Shown: positions 49,139 to 63,571 of the stretch, one piece after another
Numbering within the stretch: the stretch's first letter is position 1
Layout: every line of letters starts with the position of its first letter
Source of the DNA: Raja brachyura
Taxonomy: Eukaryota
DNA: 64,000 nucleotides
Direction of reading: 5' to 3'
Assembly (NCBI GenBank): GCA_963514005.1
Contig: OY740790.1
Span: 12,214,001 to 12,278,000, forward strand
Program-made: the position numbers and the translations under genes
The notes under the pieces: model-generated
Databases searched by the model: none
Seen by the model: only the letters and a program-made list of their open reading frames with translations
What the model was told of the DNA's origin: nothing

Positions 49139-52100
49139 AATAGTAAGATTAAACGAGAACTTACCAGTTTGAAGTTTGATCTTTATTTTATGAGGAGTTA
49201 CGATGAGCGATTACGCGAAGAACCCTGCCTGTCGGTATGCGCGTCAATCTTCAAAGCAGCGGTGTGAAATCACAGAAAACACCAATTTAAATATTATAGT
49301 ACGATTATCTCTAAAACTACCAGATGAGCTTCATGATATGAGGGCTGGGAGCGGTGGGCACGTAATCCCTCATCGTAACTCCTCATAAAATAAAGATCAA
49401 ACTTCAAACTGGTAAGTTCTCATTTAATCTTACTATTTTACTTCGGAGTCATGCGAGTGATTCCATGAAGACTTTAAAGGTCTGTGATTTCATGCCGATC
49501 CAAATCCAGGCGTATCACACTGCAAGCAGTTGACTCAGGAGGAGTGAATTAGTAACAAATTGATTCATGATACTGATAAACATGTTAATGTTTTAATTCA
49601 CAACTAACAAAATATATACAATAGCAACTCCGCTCTCCCAGGGAGAAGCTATGAAACAAAATTTAACACAAATTTTGGACGAACACCCTGGATTCAATAA
49701 GCGGCTTGTTATACAACCTCTGAAAAGTCGATTCATTTAACCATCCTGCGGCCGCGAGGATGTGGTCTAGAGGGACGTCCATTGCCCTCGCCGCTGACGT
49801 CCATGTTGCCCTGGTGGAGTGAGATTTAAAGTTTTGAGTATTAACTCCTGCACATCCCAGGACTTGTTTCAGCCATCATGAGATGGTCTGAGATGACACT
49901 TGCTTATGTGGGTTTTTGTGGCTTATAAGTAGTGCTACCTCGGACCTTCTGAGGCTCAAGTGCGCACTACACACAGGCGTGAATCTGTGGGATAAGCTGA
50001 CAATACATGCTTGTATCCTGTCACCCCTGGTTTGCTCTGTTTGAGTAAGTCATAGATGTGAAAAGTAACGTCATTCTGTGATGACACCATCCTGTCCAGA
50101 CGCAGTTTGTGGAGAGTCTGAACCCTTTGGCTGATGTAAGCGCCATGAGCATGACCAATTTGAGGGTGATCCTTAGTAAGGACAATGATGTGGCTGTTCC
50201 CCATTGACGGAGCACCGCGAGTACCATGCTCACATCCCAGATTTGAGAGTACCTAGGCCTAGGACGATTGGAATTAAACACACCCTTCATGAATCTTGAT
50301 ATTAACAGGTGGGACCCTAAAGGCTGGAGATCTGACCCTCGGCACAAGTACGCTGACAGGGCACTCCTGGCACTGTTGATGGCACTGTAACTCAACCCTT
50401 CATTGGAGTGTAAGTGGGATGGGAATTCTAGCACATCTGGGATGGAAGCCATGTGATAAGTGATGTTCCCATGTAAGCAAAATTCCTCCCATTTCCTGAT
50501 ATGAGAGAAACATAGAAACATAGAAATTAGGTGCAGGAGTAGGCCATTCGGCACTTCGAGCCTGCACCGCCATTCAATGTGACCATGGCTGATCATCCAA
50601 CTCAGTATCCCGTACCTGCCTTCTCTTCATACCCTCTGATCCCCTTAGCCACAAGGGCCACATCTAACTCCCTCTTAAATATAGCCAATGATCTGGCCTC
50701 AACTACCCTCTGTGGCAGAGAGTTCCAGAGACCCACCACTCTCTGTGTGAAAAAAGTCCTTCTCATCTCGGTCCTAAAGGATTTCCCCCTTATCCTTAAG
50801 CTGTGACCCCTTGTCCTGGACCTCCCCAACATCGGGAACAATCTTCCTGCATCTAGCCTGTCCAACTCATTAAGAATTTTGTAAGTTTCTATAAGATCCC
50901 CTCTCAATCTCCTAAATTCTAGAGAGTATAAACCAAGTCTATCCAGTCTTTCTTCATAAGACAGTCCTGACATCCCAGGAATCAGTCTGGTGGACCTTCT
51001 CTGCACTCCCTCTATGGCAATGATGTCCTTCCTCAGATTTGGAGACCAGAACTGTACGCAATACTCCAGGTGTGGTCTCACCAAGACCCTATACAACTGA
51101 AGTAGAACCTCCCTGCTCCTATACTCAAATCCTTTTGCTATGAAAGCTAACATACCATTTGCTTTCTTCACTGCCTGCTGCACCTGCATGCCTACTTTCA
51201 ATGACTGGTGTACCATGACACCCAGGTCGCGCTGCATCTCCCCTTTTCCTAATCGGCCACCATTTAGATAATAGTCTGCTTTCCTGTTTTTGCCACCAAA
51301 GTGGATAACCTCACATTTATCCACATTATACTGCATCTGCCAAACATTTGCCCACTCACCCAGCCTATCCAAGTCACCTTGCAGTCTCCTAGCATCCTCC
51401 TCACAGCTAACACTGCCCCCCAGCTTAGTGTCATCCGCAAACTTGGAGATATTGCCTTCAATTCCCTCATCCAGATCATTAATGTATATTGTAAATAGCT
51501 GGGGTCCCAGCACTGAGCCTTGCGGAACCCCACTAGTCACTGCCTGCCATTGTGAAAAGGACCCGTTTACTCCTACTCTTTGCTAACTCACTGATAACTC
51601 AGCTGGAGAGGTATTGCCTTTTTGTGCTATCCCTCCAGGATGAAGTGATGGATCCACAGTCTGATTGGACAGTCCCCGACCCAGGTACGGCCTTTTTAAA
51701 ATCTGCAAATCAACAAATTTACACGAACATTCAATGGGTGTGGGTCCCCAGTCACAGGGTGCACCAATAAATGTATACGTTTTGGAACCAGCTCAATAGG
51801 GTGCGTGGTTATTTCTGAAATGAGTGGGAACCATGGCTGTGTAGGCCAGTCGGGCACTTCCAGAACCCCTGTGGCGGTGTCTTGCTTGATCTTAGTCAGA
51901 CACCGGCTGATGAGGCAGAAGGGGGGAAAAACATATAAAAACATTCCCCCCCCAGTGCAGTGAGAATGTGTTTACCGCCACTGCCCCAGGGTCTGGTTCC
52001 CATGAAACATACTTTGGTACCTGGTGATTAAGTCTGGATGCAAACAAATAGATATCTGGCATCCCATACCAAATGACAATTTTACCAAATACTTCACGAT

Positions 52101-54843
52101 TCAACATCCACTCGGTGTTATCGTTGAACTTGCGTGCCCTGGTGTCTGCCACCATATTGAGTCTGCCTGGCAAATAGACAGCTGAAATCCAAATATTCTT
52201 TTCTATGCACCAGTGCCAAATAGTGTTAGCCAATCCATCACATGATTTTGACTTGATTCCACCCATATGATTGACATACGCCACTGCCGTAGTGTTATCA
52301 ATCTGCAAATGAACATGTAAGTGATGCTTAGTGGTACAATAGTGATGCTTTGAGCCCATAGAACGCTCCTAACAGTTCTAAATAATTTATTCCATGTGAC
52401 TGGAGAATCTGTGCCTCATGCATATCCCATCTGCCTCCACAACTAGATCTGGTATCAGTAGCACCCCAACCTAGGGCACTGACATCAGTCTGTAAAATAA
52501 GTGATGGTGCTTTTGTCAAAATTGTGCCATAACAATTTAATATGTTTCTAATCCACCACTGTATCTCTGCGATGGCTTCAGATGGTAAGTGCATGGGCCG
52601 GTTGTAATGGTTTGCATGTATTCTCCGTGCCTGTACCTTTGCTCTGTAAATGCTGATAATGCAAAGGTCCATATTGGGCTGCTGGAAAGGCTGCTACCAA
52701 TTTACCAATTAAGCTCGCAACCTGTTTAATTGAAGGTGATTTTCCCTTTAAGAGGTTGACACGGCCTTCAATTAAATCTACTTTCTTGCTCTGGGGCAGA
52801 GTTACAGACATGTGATTGGAATCAACTGTGAAACCCAGATAGTCAATTATGTTATGTTAACAGGCACCAATTTCGATTTAACTGGGTGGACAATGAATGC
52901 TAGCCTCTGCACCATGAGTTGAACAGCCGAGACTGATAACTCAGCTTCGTCAAAGGTGTTTCCAATGATTAGAATGTCATCCAAATAGGCCATGATTATA
53001 TGGCCTTGTGACCGGAATAACCCAAGTACTGGTTTTAGCAATTTAGTAAATAGGCGAGGGGCTGAGGTTAATCCATTAGGTAGAGCTCGCATTTTAAAAT
53101 GTTGATACTGCACAAACGGTTTAAGTCCTGTTAAATCCAATATGATTCTACACCCACCATCCTTCTTTGGTCTAGGGAACACATTAGACACGAATTGATG
53201 GATCTAATAGACTGTTTTCTCAATTACTCCCTTGAGGCATAGTTTTGCTATTTCAGCTTGGATCATCAAATTCTCTTTTTGTGAGAAGATGAGTGCCCGT
53301 TTTTCGGTTTGTGCTGGGTGGGTGGACACAGGTTGGGAATAAATTCAATTTTGAACCCTTGAATACTCTGCAGTATAAACACATTTGAGGTTATTTTATA
53401 CCATTCTCCCAGAAACCTATGTAACCTTCCCCCAACTGGTAGGCAAGGCAATATGTTTCGACAAGAGCCAGACCCACCTACCTCCATGGTTACCGGTGCT
53501 CTTTGCCTGGTCCTGGGTTGTAAAGGTGTGTTTTCCCTTGCTCCTGCTGGGGAGCGCCAGTTGCGGACATTAAACGGTCGGCTTGGTCCTTGCTCAGCCC
53601 CGGTTTCCGCAAACCACTTATAGGGGTATTGCCTTCGGAGAGTTCTGTTGGTCACTGGCGCCTTGATGAGCTCTACGGTCTTGGCTTCATCGTCCAGCTC
53701 CTTTACCCTTTTGGCCAAGTCTTCTCCAAATAATCGATTCGGCAGCTGGACGGTGCCAGGCTTGCATAAGGCAGCAACCCTGGGATTAATGGTGGGGCGG
53801 ATGGCGCTCTTTCTGATACAATTAATCTCACATGTGCACATTGCACATAAGAGCCAGGACATCCTGCTGAACTTCAGTCAGGAGCCCACCATCCACCGAC
53901 CTACCAAAAGCCGTTATTTCAGATGCCAGCAGCTTGAGCACCCGCTGCAGTTTAATCTCCTGCGTTCGGATGCTTGCCCCCATATGGCCCCAAATGGCAT
54001 GATTGACTGTTGGCACCTTCAGCAATATACAGTTCTCGGAGGTCTCATACTTTCTGGCAGTAGTGTCCATGGCCAGCTCCTGGAGCTGGTGGGAGGCCAG
54101 GTAATTTATGCTGGCAGCCAGCTCCTCTCCAAGCGGCTCGCCAAAGTCTGTAGGGCTAGTGAACCTGGCTGCCTGGAATGGGACCTCTGGCACTTGCACC
54201 TCGTCCTGTGGGGCAGCCTCTATTGCTGAACCCTGTGAATCAGCGTCAGATTCCATCTGACCCAGTATACTTTCCTCGTCCTGGAGGAAGATACTTGGCA
54301 GCCCGGTAGGCACTGCTGGCGCGGGGTCTTGGAGAGGCCGCACTCTGGATGAAGCATCCTCTCCAACAGGAGCTCCATCCTGGATACCCATTCTGCGGTA
54401 TCCATTGTTAGGGTCGAACCCTCCCGGCCGGACTCGTCTGAGTCTATCGGCCGGACAGACTTTTGGGCAGCCTTACACCCCGCCGGCGTAGACACAGTGT
54501 TCTCCGACACCAAGTCTGTGGTCGTTGGTTTGACAACCAACGACTCCGTTGATTGATCTAGACGGCCGCCCGCTACCCGCTCTCCCGTGGGGTTGAGATA
54601 TTGTCGCACGGCTCGCCTCACTGTTCCGGATTTTTTCATGTTTGTACTTGTCCTCCTGCAACAAGAATTACCAAACGCAGAGACTTTGGAGAAGTTAAAC
54701 ACTTACCTGAGGCTTTTTAAACTTACCGCTGGAGAAGCGCTGCTCCTCCCAGCCAGTCCCTGCGCCATGTGTCAGACGTAATGACGTGCATGCCGACTGG
54801 CGGGGCTCTTCACGTAATCACTCACGTGACTCCGAAGTAAAAT
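49139..54843 (-). mobile_element. Second DIRS1-type element of a different family; decayed, carries a CR1 insertion
   Basis: Same terminal and ICR design (ICR about 49359-49470) with ATT ends; gag-pol fragments at 51696-54639 with frameshifts and a deletion of the RT DLKDAY region; YR remnant at about 49670-51702. Confidence 0.93.
50506..51583 (-). mobile_element. Young 5'-truncated CR1 LINE inserted in the YR gene of DIRS element 2
   Basis: Open 312-aa RT C-terminus (GVPQGSVLGP, KFADDTK); (TTTCTATG)n tail; splits YR between RQYLS and HIRKW. Confidence 0.92.
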
Positions 54844-57800
54844 TGACTTTCAACAACCACACCAACTTCTTGTGTGTGGGGAATGACACCAACTAATGGG
54901 CCATTTTCTTTGACATGAAATTAATTTGGCAACTTCATGCCCAGAGTAGGGGAATCGATGACCAGAGGACATAGGTTCAAGGTGAAGGGGAAAAGATTTA
55001 ATAGGAATCCGAGGGGTAACTTTTTCGCACAATGGGTGGTTGGTGTATGGAACAAGCTGTCAAAGGAGGTACTTGAGGCTGGGACAATCCCAACATTTAA
55101 GAAACAGTTAGACGGTACACAGATAGGACAGGTTTGGAGGGATAAGGACCAAGCGCAGGCAAGTGGGACTATTGTAGCTCGGACATTGTTGGCTGGTGTG
55201 GGCGAGTTTGGCCAAAGGGCCTGTTTCCACACGGTATCGCTCTGACTATGACTCTATGCCAACTTTATTAATGTCTTTGTGTATCTTTTATCACTTATCT
55301 CCTTTGATCTTAGTCGCACATTGTGTGGTACTTTTTAGAAAAATTCCGTTTTCTAAATACTTCCATCTCCACTCAATACTTTCCTGAAGCAGGAAATAAC
55401 AATTGGCTTCACAATTACCTGATGACCTGGAGGTCAAGAGGAGCAACAAAGTAGAACAAAGGGAAGAGACTTGGCAAATAAAGTACTATTCTGATTCTGA
55501 CTATTCTGATTCTGACCAGCTATTTGAAATTGAGATTGTGACAGGGTCCAGGGTAGAGGACGTTTCCTCTTGTGGGAGAATCTAGAACTAGTTTGCTATA
55601 ATTAATTGTCACCTGTACCAAGATAGAGCAAAAAGCTTTTTTGTTATGTACTATCCAGTCAGTGGAAAGACTATACATGATTACAAGAGCAACACAAAAT
55701 GCTGGAGTAAGTCAGAGGTACAGGCAACATCTCTGGAGAGAAGAATTGGGTGACGTTTCGGGTCGAAACACTTCTTCAGACTGCTCCTTCTCTCCAGAGA
55801 TGCTGCCTGTCCCGATGAGTTACTCCAGCATTTTGTGTCTATCTTCGGTTTAAACCAGCATCTGCAGTTCCTTCCTATACATGATTACAATCAAGCCGTC
55901 CACAATTTACAGATATGAGGCAATGGGAATAACGTTTAGTGCAAGATAGTCCAGTAAAGTCTGATTAAAGATAGTCCGAGGGTCTCCAATGAGTAGGTAG
56001 AGGGTAGGTAGGCCAGGACTGCTCTCTAGTTGGTGATAGGATGGCTCAGTTGCCTGATAACAGCCGAGATGAAACTGTCCCTAAATCTGGAGGTGTGCGT
56101 TTTTACATTTGTTCCTCTTGCCCTGGTGGGAGTGGAGAGATGAGGGAGTGAGTGAGACTTGTCATTGATTTAAAAAATAAGGGATTTTGCATTTAAAACA
56201 GAGATGGTGAAATACTTTCTGTGAGAGGTTTGTGCTTCTCAGACCGCACTTCCTCACAGTAGAAGTAGTCTTTAAATATTTTAAGGCAGAGATACATAAT
56301 AAGTATGGGGATGAAAACTTGCTGAAGGTGAATGGGAATGCAAAGTTGAAGTTGCGATTAGGTTGGCTAGGATATTATTGAATGCCAGAACAGGTTTAAG
56401 GAGCGAATGATCCTGGTGCTAATTCACATATTTGGTACAATAGCTGACCTGGTAAACGAACGGTCGCTGAGTCTACACTTTGTCTAGTCAATGTACAGGA
56501 GCCCATATTGGGAACATCTGATGCAGTAGATGACATTAGACGAGGTGCATGTGAAACTCTGTCTCACCTGTTAGGACAGGCGAGGCATCTAAATGGAGTC
56601 GAGGGAGGATGTATAAGGACAGGTGGTACATCTGCCATTGTTGGAGAAAGTACCTGGGGAGGGGGGGATTTGGCCGGGAAGGGATGAGTGAACCAAGGAG
56701 TTGTGGAGGGAGCAGTCTCCACAGAAGGCAGAAAGGGGTGGAGATGGGAACATGTGAGTTGTGGTGGGATCACACTGGAGGTGATGGAAATGTCAGAGGA
56801 TGATGTGAGGCTGCTGGGGTGAGAGGTGAGGTAAATATAAATAACCCATTGACCTATTCAGCACAGGACAGGTATGAAGACCCTTCATAGGTTACAGATG
56901 AGAACATGTCCTTCATATAATGACCCTTTTGGCTTTCGACATATCAGCACAATTCCTATCCTGGATTTGCCTTGCTTTCCACTTTATTAGACTGTTGTGC
57001 TTCCTGGATAATGACAGATACAGTGATAAACCAAACATTTTTACTGAGCCACAAAATTGACTAAAAATTCCACTGATCCACTTGAATTATATTTACTCAG
57101 ATTTTACATTTGATACTTACATTATCCAACACTGGACAGTCATCCTCTGCTGCTCGGTAAGCAAATGATTCTTAACAATGTGGACTAGTCTGTGTATTAC
57201 AAGTAGACCCTATTCTGTGTCAATATAGAAATAGTAATTCCCCATGAACAATGGAAAGTGTGTACAAAATTACAGGTATTAGATCATAAAATTAGTCTTT
57301 TCAAATCCAAACAGCTTCTGCTAATGGCACCTGTTTGTGACACCTGTTTGTGCAGATGCTGGTTTAAACTGAATAGACAATAGACAATAGGTGCAGGAGT
57401 AGGCCATTCGGCCCTTCGAGCCAGCACCGCCATTCAACTTGATCATGGCTGTCCCGCTGTCAGCTAGATAGACAGAAAATGCTGGAGTAACTCAGCAAGA
57501 CAGGCAGCATCTCTGGAGGCAAGGAATGGGTGACGTCTGAAGAAGGGCCTCGACCCGAAACATTACCCATTCCATCTCTCCAGAGATGCTGCCTGTCCCG
57601 TTCTGCTATTGGCACTTGTTGGCAGCATTCATATTGAATCCCTTCCAATTCTCGTTAGCAAAATTGGAAAAGTTGATAAAGAATTTATTTTAATGTGCAC
57701 GTAATCCTAATGGGAATCAGTGTGATTTTTCTACATTATTCATCAGCACTGCCATGTGTTTCCTGTGCAAAAACAATTAATCTTTGCGAGTTTGTTGTGT

Positions 57801-59370
57801 CTGCAGTAGTCAGCTTGAAACTAAAACTAGCATTTCAAAAGATAATATTTCACCCGTAATGGTGGGTGTATGTAACAAGCTGCCAGAGGAGATAGTTGAT
57901 GCTGGGACTTTCCCAATGTTTAAGAGACAGTTAGATAGGTACATGGATAGGTCCGGTTGGACCAAGCATGGGCAGGTGGGACTAGTGTAGCTGGGACATG
58001 TCGGCCGGTGTGGGCAAGTTGGGCCGAAGGGCCTGTTTCCACATTGTATCATTCTATGACTATGACATCTCTAGTATTACATGGACAGCATCTAAAGTTT
58101 CATATAATCCCCAAGCCATTTTTAAATCCCATTTCAGGTTTGGTTGGGCTGGGGTGATAGGTTCTGATTCTGCCTGGATTCAGCGAATTGTACTATGCAC
58201 ACAGGGATCCCATAAATCATTGTTATTGCTGAAAGATATTTCCTGCTCTAGGCTTTCACGACTTAATTCACGACCTTTTTTACTCGTGGACATTTTTCAT
58301 CAGGCTAGAAAAACGCCCTGACCTACTTGATGCCACAAGTACCTACGACTAGCATCACGACTAGCATCAGGCCCTTTTGGTTATATAATTTTGTTTGATT
58401 TCCGAGTAAATCTTTAAAAGAACAGTTGAGACATTGGTGGAATTGAGGTAAAACAATTTATTCTGGACCATTTACTCCGCCAAATATCCTTTCCCTTACA
58501 CTTCCTGTGTTTTACCAAGGGAAACAAGTGAATGTCTTTTATAACTTTATTTCTCGGAAAATCCATGCGGTAATTCAATTCAGCAAATCCCACACATCCT
58601 CTCATTCGCAAGCGAAACAGAATAGGGCCAAGAACGTTGAATTTCCAAGTCAAGGCATTTTTCAGTTGTAATGAAATGAAATTTTTGTTGATTTAATTTG
58701 GCTGAGGCTCTAATTGTCTTAAATTTAGCTGAATAACATTTCCATCTTTTCTGTGAAATTATGAAAAACTGTTCCATTTTGCATCAGTGTGATGGTAACA
58801 GAAAATAAGATTATACAACTGGAGAACTTCCTGCATTTCATTTACAAGCTTATCTTTCTTCCTTTGTTTAAGTAGGATTGTTTTCTGCGTAGATTATCTT
58901 TTTATCGTGAATTTCACTGTTTTCCTATGAATCCAGACATATATAAAAAAATGTTAAAAATGTTCAAAAAGGATAATGTGATGCCAAATGTCAGCAAAGT
59001 TGACATATGCCAATTCAGGAAAATCCACCACTCTTCCTTATTTGTTAATATCACCCCATGTTGAGGAGCAAGTTCTTCCTCAGTTAATGGCTTTTTAAAA
59101 CTTAATACTCAAGATGCGGACAACTTTACAAATACATTAATTGAGTCATACAGCATGGACACAGGAGACATGAGAGTCTGCTGATGCTGGGGTCAGGGTG
59201 AAATATTGAACTGCTGGTTGAATTTGGTCGGTCAGAGAGCATCTGTGGAAGAATGTGGCAAATTGAGACACTTCCATCTGGAGCATGGAAGCAGGACCTT
59301 TGGCCCACTCTTTGAATACACTCTTGCTATCAACTACCCATTTATACTAATCCTATATTAATATATTTTC

Positions 59371-59704
59371 CAGAACAAGGGGTCACAGTCTAAGGATAAG
59401 GGGGAATTCCTTTAGGACCGAGATGAGGAAAACATTCTTTACACAGAGAGTGGTGAGTCTCTGGAATTCTATTAAATATAGCCAATGAACTGGCCACAGA
59501 AGGTAGTTGAGGCCAGTTCATTGGCTATATTTAAGAGGGCTTTACATGTGGCACTTGTGGCTAAAGGGATCAGGGGGTATGGAGAGAAGGCAGGTACGGG
59601 ATACTGAGTTGGATGATCAGCCATGATCACATTGAATGGCGGTGCAGGCTCGAAGGGCCGAATGGCCTACTCCTGCACCTATTTTTCTATGTTTCTATGT
59701 TTCT
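59371..59704 (+). mobile_element. CR1 3' fragment with internal rearrangement
   Basis: Same family as 36076-36645; (TTTCTATG)n tail. Confidence 0.8.
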
Positions 59705-60487
59705 AATACTTAATATTCAAATCACATTCTCATCAGCTCACTGCAGATTCCGCTGCTCATCTACATACCATGGACAAGTTACAGTGGCTAGTTAACTTCC
59801 AATGCACGCAGCTTTGGGATGCGGCAAGAATCAGGGGCACCCTGAGGAAACACACATGGTCACAAGAAGATGTTTAGAGCAAGTAAGTCTGAAAGGAATG
59901 AGAGGCAGGAACAGATTAACAAACATGGTGAGTATGGTGGGCTGAAGTGTGTTTATTTCAATGCATGGAGTATTGTGGGTAAAGAAGATGAATGTAGAGC
60001 CTGCATCAGTGCATGGGACACTGATGTGGTGGTCATTACAGAGTCTTAGTTGTGAGAGGGATGGGTCTAGCAGTTTAATGTCCCCACGTTTTGATATTTC
60101 AGATGTGTTAGAGAAGGTGGAAGAAGCGGAGGTGGAGTTGCATTAATGGCAGATACCAAAAGTGCAATCACCCTGATTGGATTCTACTGCAGGCCTCCCA
60201 ATTGCCAGCGGGAGATAGAGGAATAGATATGTGGACAGATTGTGGAAAGATGCAAAATCAGATTGAAAACGGGGTTGCTGTACTGAGTAACTTTATCTTC
60301 CCAATTGACTGGGACTTCCGTAATGCAAGAAGATTGGATGGAATAACATTTGTTCTGTGAATCTAAGAGGTCCTCCTGGAACAATATGCGGATGATCCCA
60401 CTTGAGGATGGACCACATTGGATCTTTTAGTGGGCAATAAGCTTGACCAGATGACTAGAGTTTCTGTTTGCTGAGCATTTTTGGAAC

Positions 60488-61045
60488 AGTAGACAAAAAT
60501 GCTGGAGAAACTCAACGGGTGAGGCAGCATCTATGGAGCGAAGGAATAGGTGACGTTTCGGGTCGAGATCATTCTTCAGACTGATGTGGGGGTGGTGGGG
60601 GCGGGAAGAAAAAAGGAAGAGGCAGAGACTGTAGGCTGTGAGAGAGCTGGGAAGGGGAGTGGAAGGTGGGAGAAAGCAAGGACGACCTGAAGTTGGAGAA
60701 GTCAATGTTCATACCGCTGGGGTGTAAACTACCCAAGCAAAATATAAGGTGCTGCTCCTCCAATTTGTGGTGGGACTCACTCTGGCCATGGAGGAGGCCC
60801 AGGGCAGAAAGGTCAGATTCGGAATGGGAGGGGGAGTTGAAGTGCTGAGCTACCGGGAGATCAGGTTGGTTATTGTGAACTGAGCGGAGGTGTTGGGCGA
60901 AGCGATCGCCAGGCCTGCGCTTGGTCTCACCGGTGTAGATCAGCTGACATCTAGAGCAGCGGATGCAATAGATGAGGTTGGAGGAGGTGCAGGTGAACCT
61001 CTGCCTCATCTGGAACGACTGCTTGGGTCCTTGAATGGAATCGAG
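60488..61045 (-). mobile_element. Penelope-like 3' portion: GIY-YIG endonuclease plus pLTR
   Basis: FTC.SSNLIYCIRCSRC.LIYTGETKR...DRFAQH...VAQHFNS..H; hammerhead motif at 60552-60579. Confidence 0.88.
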
Positions 61046-61099
61046 GGGGGAGGGGGAGAAATAGATCTGAGAGTTTAGTAGGGGATAAGAATCTAACGT

Positions 61100-62840
61100 C
61101 TGGCAACATGGGGACCAATTCGAGAAGAGTGAATACCGAACTAAAGGTGTTATATTTGACTGCACGCAGATCATAAAATAAGGATGAGCTTATAGCGCAG
61201 CTAGAATTTGGGAGGTGCCACATTGTGGGCATCACAGTCGTGGCTGAAAGAGGATCAGACGAGAGCTGAATATACAAGGTTACACATACTATCGAAAAGA
61301 CAGACAGGTAGGCAGAGGTGGTGGGATATCTCTGCTGGTCAGGAATGAAATTCAGTCCTTAGCAAGGGGTAACATAGGATCAAAAATTGTAGAATCCTTG
61401 TGGGTCCAACTAAGAAAAGGGTAAAAAGACCCTGATGGGAGTCACATACAGGCCTCCGAAAACTAGCTGCCAGGAAATGGGAAACAAATGACATCAGGAG
61501 ATATAATCGGCATGTAAGAAAGGTAATGTTACAGTGCTCATGGGAGATTTCAATACTCAGGTTGGTACGGGATCCCAAGAGAAGGAATTTGTAGAGTGCC
61601 CACATGATGGCTTCTTGGAGCAGCTTGTGGTGGAGCCTACTAGGGAAAAGGCGATTCTGGATTTGGCATAATGAACCAGATTTGATTAGGGAGCTTAAGG
61701 TGAAGGAACCCCTAGGAGGCAACGATCATAATATGATATGTTTCAACCTACAGTTTGAGAAGGAGAAACTGAAATTGGATGTATCAGTATTACTGTTGAG
61801 TGAAGGTGACTACAGAGGCATGAGGGAGGAGCAGGCTAAATTTGATTGGAAAGGGACCCCAGCAGGAATGATGAAGGAGCACCAATGGCAGGAGTTTCTG
61901 GGAGTAACTTGTAAGACTCCGGATCTTTTTTTCCCTAAGGAAGAAACATACCAAAGGGAGAATGAGACAACCATTGCTGACATGAGAAGTCAAAGACAGC
62001 ATTAAGCTAAAGAGAAATCATATAATGCGGCAAATATTATCAGGAAGCTAGATGATTAGGAAACTTTTAAAAACCAAGAGAAGGCAACTAAAAAAACATT
62101 ATGGGGAAAAAGGATGAGGGTAAGCATGCCGATGATATAAAAGAGGATATTAAATGTTTTTTCCAGTGCGTAAGGAGTAAAAGAGAGGCAAGAGTGGACA
62201 TGAACAACTGGAAAATGATACTGGAGAAGTCGTCATTTGGAACAAAGAGATGGCAGACGAACTGAATGTTTTTTGCATCAGTTTCACAGTGAAAGACACA
62301 GCAACATGCCAGAATTTCAAGAGAGTCAGGGGGCTGAAATAAGCGCAGTTGCTATTCATGAGGAGGTGGTGCTTGGGAAGGTAAAAGAATGAAGGTGGAC
62401 AAGTCACCTGGACAGGATGCATTGCACCCTAGGGCTCTGAAAAAGATAGCTGTAAAGATTATAGAGGCATTAGTAGTGACCTTTCAAGAATCACTAGAGT
62501 CAGGAAAGATTCCAGAGGACTGGAAAATCGCAAATATCACTCCACTAAGAAGGGAGCAAGACAAAAGAAAGGAAACTTTATGCCAATTAGGCTGACTTCA
62601 GTAGTTCGAAGATTTTAGAGTCCATTATTAAGGATGAGGTGTCATGGTACTTGGAGGCACATGGTAAAATAGGCAGACAAGAATGATGAACGAATTATTT
62701 CGATTTCCGGAAGGCCTTTGATAAGGTGCCGCACACATAGCTTCTAAACAGGATTTGACCCCATGGTAGTAGAGGCACGATACCAGAATGGATAGAAGAT
62801 TGGATGACAGGTAGAAGGCAAAGAGTGGGAATAAAAGTTG
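61100..62840 (+). mobile_element. Decayed CR1 LINE ORF2 (endonuclease to RT N-terminus)
   Basis: YRKDR..GRGGG, MGDFN, EPLGGNDHNMI.F, KSPG.D.LHPR.LK and P.DWK.ANITP motifs with frameshifts. Confidence 0.8.
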
Positions 62841-63304
62841 TAGCATCGGGGATGTCACCAGGTTCAATATCTCTGCCTCATATGTGGGCACAGTCCCTCA
62901 TTATCTGTGAGGCACTGGCAGTCAGTCTCAGGCACTGGATGTCCAGGGCTTTTCCCGGCATCTTAGTCTTGACCAGATGCTGGTGCTGGTGGTCCCATGC
63001 TTGTCCCAGTGGATCAGCATTCCTCCTACCTGCGACAGTGATAATAAGTGGAGAATTATTGGGGACATGCTGAATTTCTTTGTTTTCTGAGGATGTAGAG
63101 GCTCTTGGCTGTGGCATCAATGTGGTAGGATCAGGAGGAATTATTGTGAACTGGAAACTGTTGATCATCTCCACTGTAGCTTCACTGTTGTGCAATGGGG
63201 TGTGTACTACACCCTGCTTCCTACGTCAATGACCAGAACTTTTGTTTTGTTAATGTCAAAGTAGAGGTTGATGTCATCACTCTATTACTTTTACAAAGGA
63301 ATGG

Positions 63305-63571
63305 TACCTCATATTTCACTTGGGTAGCTTACACCCCAGCGGTATGAACATTGACTTCTCTAACTTCAAATCGCCCTTGCTTTCCCTCTCTCCCCATCCC
63401 CACCCCATTCCCAGTTCTCCCACCAGCCTTACTGTCTCCAACTACATTCTATCTCTGTCCCGCCCACTCCCCTGACATCAGTCTGAAGAAGGGCCTCGAC
63501 CCGAAACATCACCCATTCCTTCTCTCCAGAGGTGCTGCCTGTTCCGCTGAGTTACTCCAGCATTTTGTGTA
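63305..63571 (+). mobile_element. Penelope-like 3' fragment with pLTR
   Basis: Same family as 60488-61045; hammerhead motif at 63483-63510. Confidence 0.75.

Noticed and set aside
54656-54706. Leader intron joining the upstream ATG to gag in DIRS element 2
   Set aside because: In frame, but only 51 nt, which is short for a vertebrate intron, and the phase is not matched in element 1; left unclaimed
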